Notes: generated by a model not told the origin, from the letters alone. A stretch of DNA of 64,000 bases from Anaerolineales bacterium (GCA_041558875.1 JBFFEL010000005.1:8771-72770), one strand, 5' to 3'; shown: positions 10,097 through 18,886, counted from the first letter of the stretch. Numbers and translations: made by a program.

Positions 10097-12072
10097 ATTC
10101 CCCACCCCACGAGTGCTAATAGCCGGTATAGCAGCCCGCCGATAAAAAATGCCAGTGGGATGATCAGGACCACTATGCTGAGCGCGGTTTTCCAGCTGCG
10201 CTCTTTGGCAATCATCAATACACTGGCAATGCAGGGGATGAACAAAGTAATCGTCACCATGGCCACAACTACCTGCAATGGCGAAAGCATACCTTGAGAT
10301 TCCATGATAAACAGGCCGGTTGCGCCGAAATCACGGCGCAGGAAGCCAACCAGGAATGCAGCGCTGGCTTCCGGTGGCAAACCCAACCATCCAGCAACCA
10401 AAGGTTCACCTAATTCGATGAGCTGGTTCAGGATACCTGTCCGATCAAGGAGGAAAAGCAATGCGGTTCCGAGCAGGAATAGTGGCACCACTTCCTTGAG
10501 ATACCACTCTATCCGGGCAACTGTCTTAATCACCACATTTGAAAGAACCGGCCAGCGCATCGGCGGCAGTTCCACCAGGAGCTGTGTGCGTTCTCCAGGG
10601 ATCAGGCGTGCTGCCAGCCAACCAATCGTGAGCAGGACCAACGCTACCACGCCGCTCCAAATCATCATCGCCGTAAAGGAGACCCCAGCCAGGATACCCA
10701 TCACCACGCCAAGTTGCGCGGAACATGGGATCGCCAAAGCCAGCAGCAGGATTACCAGCAGCCGCTCGCGTTTTGTTTCCAGCACCCGCGTGGTCAAAGT
10801 AGCCATGGTCACACAGCCCAGGCCAAGTACCATTGGCACGACAGCCTTTCCGTTCAGCCCCATGCGTTGGAACAGGCGGTTGCTCAAAGCGGCTAACCTG
10901 GGCAGATAACCCGAATCTTCCAGCACGCCAAACGCCAGGAAGAAAGTAGTCACGATAGGAAAGATCAAAGCCAAGGCATAGGTCATCCCCATTGTCCAAA
11001 GCCCATACTCCCCCACCAGTAAATCAACAACGATCGGCCAGGGCACAATTTGACTCACCCAAGACACAACCCAGGGGTTGATCACCTGTCCAAAGAGACC
11101 CTCCTCCATAAACCCGACCAGAATGCCAGCCCCAAAAACGCCCACAAACCAGTAGAGACCGTATAGCACCAACGCCAGTATCACCCAACCCCAGATCGGA
11201 TGCGTGGTCAGACGGCTCAAGGAGCTGGAAATTCCCCGCCAACCCCCGCCTGCCTCCTGCACGACCATGGACACGATCCGATCAACGTATTCCAAACGGG
11301 CTCCCTGGATCACGATTGAGAGCGGTTCAACGAAGGATAGCTGCAATGATTGGCGCGTAGCAACTAGTTGCTGGAATGAATTCACGCTCAGGTGCTCTCG
11401 CAGCCAGCTTTCCGAAACAGGATCACCGCTCAGCCAGAGCAAAGCCAGCGACCTGTGAGATATTGGGATCTCCATCCCGCTGAAATGCGTGCAGACGCTG
11501 GCAATAGTGGTTTCGATTTCAACCGGATAAGTCAGGCGGAAATTCGTGGGTTGACTCACATTCAGCGCGGCGGTCAGGTCTTTCAATCCGCGTCCACGAA
11601 CCGCAGTGGTCGGAATAACAGGGATAGACAGGTATTCTCCTAATAATGCATGATTGAGGCTGACCCCTCTCGAGTGTGCTTCGTCCATCATATTCAATGC
11701 CAGCACCAGGGGCAATCCCATCTCAGCCAGCTGGACCGTGAGAGTCAGTGTGCGTCGCAAATTTTTTGCATCCCCAACCTGCAGGATAGCTTTTAGCGGC
11801 TCATAGAGCAGAACGCGCCCCGTAACCTGCTCATCCTCGGAATGAGGCGGAAATGCGATTACTCCCGGAGTATCAACCAGGGTGATATCCGGCAGGTCGC
11901 GCAGGTTGCCGCGCACCAATTCGACCGTCGTGCCAGGGTAATTTGCTACAATCACCCGCTGGCCAGTTAGTTTTTGGAACAAGACTGATTTGCCGACGTT
12001 TGGATGGCCAACCAGGGCGATGCTTCCATCCCGGCTTTCGATCTGATCTGGGATTGCGGCATGACATTCCAT
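10093..12072 (-). CDS. feoB: Ferrous iron transporter FeoB
   Basis: N-terminal G-domain GHPNVGKS, DTPG and NMMD, followed by a polytopic membrane domain. I prefer ATG 12072 (GGAGGT 9 nt upstream) over the track's TTG 12078. Confidence 0.92.
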   Translation of the reverse strand: MECHAAIPDQIESRDGSIALVGHPNVGKSVLFQKLTGQRVIVANYPGTTVELVRGNLRDLPDITLVDTPGVIAFPPHSEDEQVTGRVLLYEPLKAILQVGDAKNLRRTLTLTVQLAEMGLPLVLALNMMDEAHSRGVSLNHALLGEYLSIPVIPTTAVRGRGLKDLTAALNVSQPTNFRLTYPVEIETTIASVCTHFSGMEIPISHRSLALLWLSGDPVSESWLREHLSVNSFQQLVATRQSLQLSFVEPLSIVIQGARLEYVDRIVSMVVQEAGGGWRGISSSLSRLTTHPIWGWVILALVLYGLYWFVGVFGAGILVGFMEEGLFGQVINPWVVSWVSQIVPWPIVVDLLVGEYGLWTMGMTYALALIFPIVTTFFLAFGVLEDSGYLPRLAALSNRLFQRMGLNGKAVVPMVLGLGCVTMATLTTRVLETKRERLLVILLLALAIPCSAQLGVVMGILAGVSFTAMMIWSGVVALVLLTIGWLAARLIPGERTQLLVELPPMRWPVLSNVVIKTVARIEWYLKEVVPLFLLGTALLFLLDRTGILNQLIELGEPLVAGWLGLPPEASAAFLVGFLRRDFGATGLFIMESQGMLSPLQVVVAMVTITLFIPCIASVLMIAKERSWKTALSIVVLIIPLAFFIGGLLYRLLALVGWGI

Positions 12073-12074
12073 GC

Positions 12075-12542
12075 TCAACCAACCTCCATGCTAGTCTCTT
12101 GCACAATTGATCTCTGGCGACAGTCTGGACACAATCCGTACAGCTCAATTGAACCAGTATCAACGCTAGCCCCACTCGAATCCTGAAATTGAGTTTTTAT
12201 TTCATCCAACAGATCGGTGTCAAACTCAATCACATTTTTGCATCTGGTGCACATGAAGTGGTGATGTTCGCTCGGTAAGGCCGCGTCGAACCGTTCCTGG
12301 CGACGACCTTCAGCAAACAGGCGGGTACTGACCAGGTTCTCAGCTTCCAACCAGCGCAATGTACGGTAGACGGTTGAAAGGTTTAAATCCGGGTCTTGTT
12401 TGCGAGCGATGAGCAGCAATTCTTCAGCGGTAGGGTGCTCCCCAAGAGAATCCAGGATCGATAACAGCAAGCGACGCTGGGATGTCATCCGTCCACCTTG
12501 AGAACGCAGCCTTTCGGATGCCTGGCTGACTAACTCATTCAT
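12075..12542 (-). CDS. fur: Fur-family metalloregulator
   Basis: MTSQRRLLLSIL..HPTAEELL..STVYRTLRWLE, the HHHF.C..C motif and a C-terminal CPDC. First gene of the fur-feoB-feoA string. Confidence 0.85.
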   Translation of the reverse strand: MNELVSQASERLRSQGGRMTSQRRLLLSILDSLGEHPTAEELLLIARKQDPDLNLSTVYRTLRWLEAENLVSTRLFAEGRRQERFDAALPSEHHHFMCTRCKNVIEFDTDLLDEIKTQFQDSSGASVDTGSIELYGLCPDCRQRSIVQETSMEVG

Positions 12543-12556
12543 GAAGCTTGCCCTTA

Positions 12557-12573
12557 TTGCAAATCATTTGCAA
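12557..12573 (-). promoter_or_regulatory. Putative Fur box (perfect 8-1-8 palindrome TTGCAAAT-N-ATTTGCAA) just downstream of a TATAAT -10
   Basis: The palindrome is read directly from the sequence. On the minus strand it follows TATAAT (12581-12576) by 2 nt and lies 15-31 nt upstream of the fur ATG. The AAT-N-ATT core resembles Fur 7-1-7 sites. Confidence 0.6.
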
Positions 12574-12701
12574 TAATTATAGGAAGAAGCTTTTTCCTTA
12601 TACAGTGACATACTTCACATTCCCCCACGACATTCATACCATTTCTTTTCCGGTCAGATATGATCAGAATTCCGAATTCGGTTCGATCACCACCCACTAA
12701 G

Positions 12702-13214
12702 TCAAGGGTAGAACTCGAGAACTTGCCTCAGCGCCTGTTCCGCATGAGGCTTATCAACAGCCAACCAGACTACCAGGCCGTTCGAGCGGAAGTAAAAATG
12801 CTGCTGTCCCATCCCTTGCAGCTCATATACTATTCGTCCCCCATATTCTCCCTCCGCGATCGGAGTAAAAGGTGTCTCCGATCGAGCAATTTTGTCATGC
12901 ATAGCTGCCACCAAGCGGCCCGCTATAAAACTTATCGGTGTCCCAGCCACGTAGAGGGTTATCTCATTCTCCTCACCATAGGTGCCCACCGCACCTTTAT
13001 TTAACTGGAATTCCTGGTCATGCAGCCAGGAAAGCTCATCCAGGGCAGATCTGCCCAAAACATTCCTTTTTATGGAAAAGCTCGCCAATGCCTTCGGCAG
13101 GGGTGCAGCGCTTATCCGGGCTGCGACTTGCTGGTAGTACCCGAAACCCAGAGCGATAATGATGATGACAAGTCCGAACCCAATCAGGAAACGCGCCAGC
13201 CGCAATTTGTACAT
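12702..13214 (-). CDS. Hypothetical membrane-anchored protein (single N-terminal TM)
   Basis: 170-aa ORF with an N-terminal hydrophobic helix (FLIGFGLVIIIIALGFGYY). No family recognised. Confidence 0.5.
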   Translation of the reverse strand: MYKLRLARFLIGFGLVIIIIALGFGYYQQVAARISAAPLPKALASFSIKRNVLGRSALDELSWLHDQEFQLNKGAVGTYGEENEITLYVAGTPISFIAGRLVAAMHDKIARSETPFTPIAEGEYGGRIVYELQGMGQQHFYFRSNGLVVWLAVDKPHAEQALRQVLEFYP

Positions 13215-13432
13215 GCTATTATTATCTTACATTCGAAATTGATGATCAAGGCGGGGGACATCTCAAACTAAGCTATTTCAAGTGATTTGGTGACAAAGCC
13301 CAGCAATATCGAATAGGTAAACCAAAAAGGTTAATCAGCAAATTTCTGTTAAAATCATCAATACAAATCCCGTTTACATGCGATTTGCAGGTTTTATAAG
13401 TATCCCTCAAAGCAGTGAAAGGAGCAATTTCA

Positions 13433-13615
13433 ATGGCAATTGATCCAGTTTGTAAAATGGAAGTTGACGAAAAGACCGCCCAATGGACTTCTGAGTACAA
13501 GGGCACGACTTATTATTTCTGCGCCCCTGGGTGCAAAGCATCCTTCGATAAGGACCCTGAGAAATATCTCCATGGCGACCATCACGAACACCGTGAGCAC
13601 CACGATCATCATTAA
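13433..13615 (+). CDS. YHS/TRASH-domain metal-binding protein with His-rich tail
   Basis: DPVCKMEV....YYFCAPGCKASF is the YHS motif. The C-terminus is HGDHHEHREHHDHH. ATG 13433 has AAAGGAG 8 nt upstream; the track's GTG 13415 has no RBS. Confidence 0.8.
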   Translation: MAIDPVCKMEVDEKTAQWTSEYKGTTYYFCAPGCKASFDKDPEKYLHGDHHEHREHHDHH

Positions 13616-13639
13616 ACTAATACCCGTCGCTTGATTAGG

Positions 13640-13670
13640 AGATGGAGTCTTATGACTTCATCTTTTTTCT
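13640..13670 (+). terminator. Rho-independent terminator after the YHS gene
   Basis: AGATGGAGTC-ttat-GACTTCATCT (10 bp including one G.U pair) followed by TTTTTTCTT. Confidence 0.65.
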
Positions 13671-14133
13671 TATATCGGGAACTACACCACTGTTTTCCAA
13701 GAAAATGGCCCTCAGTTTCCTTCATCTTAGTTGAGAGCGATAGCCCTTTTCTCAAGAGAATTCAATAGGGGAATGTTATCAACCGCGCGATCATTGAACC
13801 GCTGAAACACTGAGTCTGCTGATAACACTGAACGGCACTCTGAATGACTGAGATTCACCTCGAAGTTAGATAGCAACATTGAATCTCTCAGTGTAATCTG
13901 TGCAATCAGAAATTCAGCAGTTCAATCTCCCTTCCGTTCCAACGCCTGATTTGAAACACACTCTTTTATCATTCCAAAGATCCTGGTTTGCTTGTTCCAA
14001 TGTCCAAATTTTTCTCGTACCAATGCCTATATTTTTCCTGTACCACCGCTCCGCGTTGGTACAGACTCTTGAGACACTGTCTTTCTATCAACCTTCACCC
14101 TGAGCCTGACACACACATGAGTCTCCTCTGCTC

Positions 14134-14161
14134 TTGACAGGATTATCAAAACCGCTATAAT
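14134..14161 (+). promoter_or_regulatory. Sigma-70-type promoter for the arsR / P1B-ATPase operon
   Basis: TTGACA (14134-14139), a 16-nt spacer, then TATAAT (14156-14161). Confidence 0.55.
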
Positions 14162-14167
14162 AAAATC

Positions 14168-14189
14168 TGAATATCTGCTCATATATTGA
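14168..14189 (+). promoter_or_regulatory. Candidate ArsR/SmtB operator (imperfect inverted repeat TGAATATCT-N4-ATATATTGA)
   Basis: 7 of 9 arm positions are complementary. It sits immediately after the -10 box and overlaps the expected TSS. The TGAA/ATATTCA-like half sites resemble SmtB/CzrA operators. Confidence 0.35.
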
Positions 14190-14521
14190 AGGATAAAGTT
14201 GTGGATATCACCAATAAAACCATCGATACCACCCAGCTGAGCGACCTGGAGGCGCAACGCGTAGCTGAATTGTTTAGCGTACTGGGTGATGCCAGCCGGG
14301 TAAAAATTATCGCCGCTTTACTGAACGGCCCTATGAACGTCCAGGCTCTGGCAGACGCGGTAGGAATCTCCCCTTCAGCCGTCTCCCACCACATGCGCAG
14401 CCTGCGCCAGATGCAACTGGTCCGCTCACTTAAACAAGGCCGCCAGGTCTTTTATTCTCTTGATGACCAGCACGTTGAAGAGCTTTTCCTGCGTGGTATA
14501 GACCACGTTCTGCATGGTTGA
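14186..14521 (+). CDS. ArsR/SmtB-family metal-sensing repressor
   Basis: The wHTH region is FSVLGDASRVKIIAALLNGPMNVQALADAVGISPSAVSHHMRSLR. The true start may be GTG 14201 (GAAGGA upstream) rather than TTG 14186. Confidence 0.85.
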   Translation: MKDKVVDITNKTIDTTQLSDLEAQRVAELFSVLGDASRVKIIAALLNGPMNVQALADAVGISPSAVSHHMRSLRQMQLVRSLKQGRQVFYSLDDQHVEELFLRGIDHVLHG

Positions 14522-14524
14522 AAT

Positions 14525-16864
14525 TTGATAGAAGAGAAAACTCTCGAACTTGAAATTCCTTTGTTGATCCCCGGATTGGTCAACCACGAGGATAACTGTC
14601 TGGATAAGCTTGAAAATACTCTCCAAAACCAGAGAGGCATCCTGCGCGCCCACGTCGAACACCAAAATGACCCGCTCGTATTATGCCTGCACTACAATCC
14701 TTCCCTTATCTCCATCGATGATGTGCGCCGCATCGCCAGGCGCACCGGCAGCGAGATAAGTCGTCGATATCGGCATGAAGTAATTCAAATCCAGGATATG
14801 GATTGCTCAGATTGTGTCCTCGTTCTCGAGCACAGTCTTAAACGCATCGATGGTGTTTTAGAGGTTAATGCCAGCTATACCGCCCAGAAAGTCTTCATTG
14901 AATTTGACTCAAAGAAGACCAGCCGGAGTGCCATTGAGCGTCGCATAAAGGGCCTTGGTTATCACCTCCCGCAAGAAGGTGCCCGGCAGTGGTACCAGGA
15001 AAACCGCTCCATACTTTTCAGCATGCTGGCCGGTGTTGCATTACTCATCGGTTGGGTGGGTGAAAGGTTTCTCGGATTCCCTTTCCAGGTCAGCCTGGTT
15101 CTGTACCTGGCTGCTTATGTCTTAGCGGGTTGGGATACTGCAATTCATGCCTGGTATACCGTCAAGGCGCGCAAATTCGATACCGATTTATTGATGATTG
15201 CAGCTGCCCTGGGTGCTGCCTTCCTTGGTGAGTATGCTGAGGGGGCTTTACTGCTGTTCTTATTCAGCCTGGGACATGCCATGGAGGGACGCATTCTCGA
15301 TCAGGCTCGGCATGCGATAAGCGCCATGGCTGACCTGACGCCAAAAACCGCCTTGGTCAAAAGAGGGGCCCACCAGGTTGAAATTTCTGTCGAAGAACTC
15401 ATCCTGAACGATGTGGTCGTCGTCCGGCCTGGCACCCGGATCCCCGTTGACGGTCAAATCATCGCTGGAACATCCAGTGTTGACGAATCGCCTGTCACCG
15501 GAGAATCATTACCTGTCGACAAGACCATCTCCGACCGGGTCTTCGCCGGATCCCTGAATGGTGAAAGAGCCCTCGAGGTCGAGGTAACCCGCCTGGCCAA
15601 AGACAGCACTCTGGCTCGCATCACACAGATGGTTGAGCAAGCTCAGGCTGGCAAGTCACCCACTCAACAGTTTACTGAGCGCTTTATGCAGTGGTTTGTG
15701 CCGATCGTATTAATTGGCGACCTGTTGCTGATAATCATCCCTCCATTACTTGGAGTCCCCTTTCAAGAATCTTTCGCCCGGGCGATGGTACTTCTCGTCG
15801 CAGCATCTCCCTGCGCACTAGCCTTGGGTACGCCAGCTGCAATTATGGCCGGCGTAGCCCAGGCAGCCCGCAATGGCGTCCTGGTCAAAGGAGGGGTGTA
15901 CCTGGAAAACCTTGGTCAGATAAAAGCCATGGCCTTTGATAAAACTGGCACGATAACCAAAGGTAATTTACAGCTTACAGATATTTTCCCCACCAACTCG
16001 ATGAATGAATCCGAGTTGCTTTCCCTGGCTGCGGCCATTGAACGCCAATCTGCTCACCCAATCGCGAACGCCATCGTCCAGGAAGCGAACGAGCGACAGC
16101 TGACTTTTCCCAAAGTCAGTCAAGTTGAATCCCTGACCGGTAGCGGGATGCGTGCCCGTTTCCAGGATGAGCGGGTCTGGATCAGCAATATTGGCATGCT
16201 AAAAGATGCGCACATCCACCTCCCCCCAGACGTCATTGCCCAAAACGGGCTGCTATCAGCACAAGGAAAAACCACGATGGCCATTGGACGTGGAGAGGAG
16301 CTGCTGGGGTTATTCGCGGTCGCAGATACAATCCGCCCGGATATCAAATCTACGGTTGAATCCATGCATAACCTGGGCTTGCAGCATACGGTGATGTTGA
16401 CAGGAGATAACCAGCAGGCCGCGTCTTACATTGCCGGACAGGCGGGTATAGACGAATTCCAGGCCGAGTTGATGCCGGAGGACAAGGTGACGGCAGTCGA
16501 TTCCCTGGTTGATCGTTATCAAGAGATCGGGATGGTGGGAGACGGCGTCAATGATGCGCCCGCCCTGGCCAGGGCAACAGTTGGCATTGCCCTTGGAGGC
16601 GCCAGCACGGATGTAGCCCTGGAGACCGCCGACGTTGTACTGATGTCCGACCAGCTTGCCAGGCTACCTTTTGCCGTCGGCTTGGGTCGCGCCACTCTCA
16701 GCTTAATCAAGCAGAACCTGGCGATCGCTTTGGGGGTGATTTTCTTCCTGATGATTTCCGCGCTACTTGGATGGGCTGGGCTGGGGTTAACAGTCATCAT
16801 TCACGAAGGCAGCACGATAGTCGTCGCCTTGAACGCCATGCGTTTGCTCAAGTTTGACAGTTGA
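14525..16864 (+). CDS. Heavy-metal P1B-type ATPase with P1B-4-like transmembrane signature and N-terminal HMA domain
   Basis: DKTGTIT, GDGVNDAPAL and TGES motifs. The TM motif is SPC (AASPCAL) and the final-helix motif is HEGST. An HMA-like domain carries MDCSDC, preceded by a degenerate HMA-like repeat. TTG start; no in-frame ATG is nearby. Confidence 0.92.
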   Translation: MIEEKTLELEIPLLIPGLVNHEDNCLDKLENTLQNQRGILRAHVEHQNDPLVLCLHYNPSLISIDDVRRIARRTGSEISRRYRHEVIQIQDMDCSDCVLVLEHSLKRIDGVLEVNASYTAQKVFIEFDSKKTSRSAIERRIKGLGYHLPQEGARQWYQENRSILFSMLAGVALLIGWVGERFLGFPFQVSLVLYLAAYVLAGWDTAIHAWYTVKARKFDTDLLMIAAALGAAFLGEYAEGALLLFLFSLGHAMEGRILDQARHAISAMADLTPKTALVKRGAHQVEISVEELILNDVVVVRPGTRIPVDGQIIAGTSSVDESPVTGESLPVDKTISDRVFAGSLNGERALEVEVTRLAKDSTLARITQMVEQAQAGKSPTQQFTERFMQWFVPIVLIGDLLLIIIPPLLGVPFQESFARAMVLLVAASPCALALGTPAAIMAGVAQAARNGVLVKGGVYLENLGQIKAMAFDKTGTITKGNLQLTDIFPTNSMNESELLSLAAAIERQSAHPIANAIVQEANERQLTFPKVSQVESLTGSGMRARFQDERVWISNIGMLKDAHIHLPPDVIAQNGLLSAQGKTTMAIGRGEELLGLFAVADTIRPDIKSTVESMHNLGLQHTVMLTGDNQQAASYIAGQAGIDEFQAELMPEDKVTAVDSLVDRYQEIGMVGDGVNDAPALARATVGIALGGASTDVALETADVVLMSDQLARLPFAVGLGRATLSLIKQNLAIALGVIFFLMISALLGWAGLGLTVIIHEGSTIVVALNAMRLLKFDS

Positions 16865-16870
16865 GCCAGA

Positions 16871-17400
16871 TTATTCCTGGAGCAGGTTCTTATTATCGAG
16901 TACCTGCACTGGCCATTCCCAAATTTCGTTATCCAGTTGGATCTCTTCGTAATTCCCCATGCAGTATTTGTCGATCACGGAGTCCCCAATACCTGCCCAT
17001 TGTGATTGTCGCTTACCTGAGCGACCTCCCAACGACCGGGAAACCGATGAAAAAGCTGCGCAACGACATTGGTTCCAATGCCTTGCCGGCGGTATTTTTC
17101 CATCACGAGAAACTAAGCGATAAGCATCCCTTTTGTGGATTCACCATCTGAACGCGGAAAATATGAGCCCTTTCTTACCATCGCAAAGCCGGCTAATTTG
17201 CCTTTGGTTCGCACGATGAATGGTTATCGATCCGACTCAGCCCAGTAGCGATCCAGATATGGATAAACGAACATACCTGTATCATCATCTTATATCCTCT
17301 CCTCGCCATCAATGGTGCTGAACTCATAAAGATAGTACTGCAGCAAGTTTCGCGGGATGATTTTCTCTTTAAGGGACGCGAGGGCAACTTCAATTTCCAT
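16871..17400 (-). pseudogene. Decayed GNAT-family acetyltransferase gene (three in-frame stops plus one frameshift)
   Basis: The minus-strand reading gives MEIEVALASLKEKIIPRNLLQYYLYEFSTIDGEERI*DDDTGMFVYPYLDRYWAESDR*PFIVRTKGKLAGFAMV...MLIA*FLVMEKYRRQGIGTNVVAQLFHRFPGRWEVAQVSDN, then a frame change to ..DSVIDKYCMGNYEEIQL...*. The stops are at 17290-17292, 17224-17226 and 17113-17115. The 530-nt length is not a multiple of 3. Confidence 0.7.
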
Positions 17401-17411
17401 AAAAGAGATGC

Positions 17412-18803
17412 TTACTGTGATAAATCCGGCCGTCGTTTATGCCAATCAGTCGCCCTTTCAAATGCATAAGCAGCCCGCAGCAGCGCAGCCTCTCCCCATG
17501 GTCGGGTGACAATCTGTAATCCCACCGGTAAACCCTGAAAAGTAAAACCGCAGGGTATGGAAATGGCCGGCAGCCCTGTCAAGTTAAAAGGCGCCGTGAA
17601 ACGAGTCAGTTTAGCTGCTTGTTCGACCGCATCTGGACCTGCCAAATATGGAGCCGTGATTGGCGTCGTAGGAGTTAATAGCAGATCGTAATCATTGAAA
17701 AAATTCTCGAATTTCCGGCGCGACACAGACTGGTTTCTGCGAGCCAGGCTGTATTCACTGGAGGTATATGCTGCTCCTGCCTCTAACCGCTGACGAATAT
17801 CATCGCCAAACATTTCAGGTTGCTCTGCACGGCGTTCCTTGTGAAAGGCGGCCGCATCGCTGGTGACCAACAACCCGTTGTCTCGCGCAGCTTCATAAGC
17901 ACCAGGGAATTCCACTACGCTGATTTGTGCACCCAGGCTGGCAAACACCTCTGCCGCATTTCGTACCAGGGACAATATTTCGGCTTCCCCCTTGCTGAAG
18001 AACTGGTCCTCGGCTAGTGCAATCTGCCAACCGCGCACACCTCCGGTCAACTGCACCAGATAATCCGGCACAGGCATATCCACACAGGCCGGATCTTGCG
18101 GATCATACCCAGCAACCTCCTGCAGGAGCATGGCGACATCATTTACCCTGCGCGCCATTGGGCCAGGGTGATCCAGGTTCCAGCTCAAGGGCACCACCCC
18201 TCGCAGGCTGATTCGCCCATACGTGGGTTTGAGTCCGACAATTCCACATAATGAGGCCGGGATGCGGATTGAGCCGCCAGTGTCGCTGCCCATCGAGCCC
18301 ATGCACAAGCCAGCCGCCAATGCCGACCCGCTGCCTCCAGAGGAGCCTCCTGGTGATCGGTCTAAATCCCAGGGATTACGGCAAGGTCCGAAATGCGGGT
18401 TATTATTGGTCACCCCTAGGGCGATTTCGTGCATGTTGAGTTTTCCCAGGTTAACAGCACCAGCAGCCTCCAAACGCTCAACAACGACTCCATTCTCCTC
18501 CGGAATCCTGTCCCTAAAAAATAGCGATCCAGCGGTCGTGGTGACGCCTCTTGTCTCGAAAAGATCTTTCAACGCGATCGGGATGCCGTGCAGCGGGCCG
18601 CGAACCTCACCGCTCCGGATCTCTGCGTCTGCCTGCCTGGCTCGTTCAAGTGCCAGTTCCGGAGTTTGGGTTATGAAGCAGTTCAGCTCAGGTTCAAGTC
18701 TGGAGATACGGTCGAGGTGGGCCTGAGTCAGCTCCTTAGATGATACCTCCTGGTTGGCAATCAAGTCGGAAGTTTCAGTCAGAGTAAGGTCAGTGAGGTT
18801 CAT
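17412..18803 (-). CDS. Amidase (amidase-signature family, GatA-like)
   Basis: GGSSGGSGSALAAG amidase signature and the Ser-cisSer-Lys context. GGAGGAA RBS. Confidence 0.88.
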   Translation of the reverse strand: MNLTDLTLTETSDLIANQEVSSKELTQAHLDRISRLEPELNCFITQTPELALERARQADAEIRSGEVRGPLHGIPIALKDLFETRGVTTTAGSLFFRDRIPEENGVVVERLEAAGAVNLGKLNMHEIALGVTNNNPHFGPCRNPWDLDRSPGGSSGGSGSALAAGLCMGSMGSDTGGSIRIPASLCGIVGLKPTYGRISLRGVVPLSWNLDHPGPMARRVNDVAMLLQEVAGYDPQDPACVDMPVPDYLVQLTGGVRGWQIALAEDQFFSKGEAEILSLVRNAAEVFASLGAQISVVEFPGAYEAARDNGLLVTSDAAAFHKERRAEQPEMFGDDIRQRLEAGAAYTSSEYSLARRNQSVSRRKFENFFNDYDLLLTPTTPITAPYLAGPDAVEQAAKLTRFTAPFNLTGLPAISIPCGFTFQGLPVGLQIVTRPWGEAALLRAAYAFERATDWHKRRPDLSQ

Positions 18804-18886
18804 TGGACGTTTCCTCCAGCTTGTTTACAAAATAAACCAAGGACGGAAAATATCGCCAATTTCCGTCCTTGATAATTGAGAAGTTA

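Noticed and set aside
13652-13732. 26-codon ORF (MTSSFFLYRELHH..) downstream of the YHS gene with an AGGAG-like sequence upstream.
   Set aside because: The supposed RBS and ATG are the 5' arm and loop of the YHS terminator hairpin, so it is almost certainly not translated.
14519-14527. ArsR and the P1B-ATPase being in the same frame, separated only by TGA-AAT, as a read-through fusion.
   Set aside because: Repressor-pump fusions make no functional sense. The close spacing is ordinary operon packing, and the TTG start is the first available in-frame initiator.
16861-17393. Track ORFs 16861-17151 (+, 96 aa) and 17193-17393 (-, 66 aa) as real small genes.
   Set aside because: The second is the first fragment frame of the decayed GNAT gene, and the first is its antisense. 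Neither has an RBS or a sensible product.
16871-17400. In-frame TAA/TAG codons, here and at 61026-61028, as evidence of stop-codon reassignment or programmed read-through.
   Set aside because: TAA, TAG and TGA all terminate well-supported genes throughout the window. The affected genes also carry frameshifts, so ordinary pseudogenisation or sequence error is the simpler explanation.
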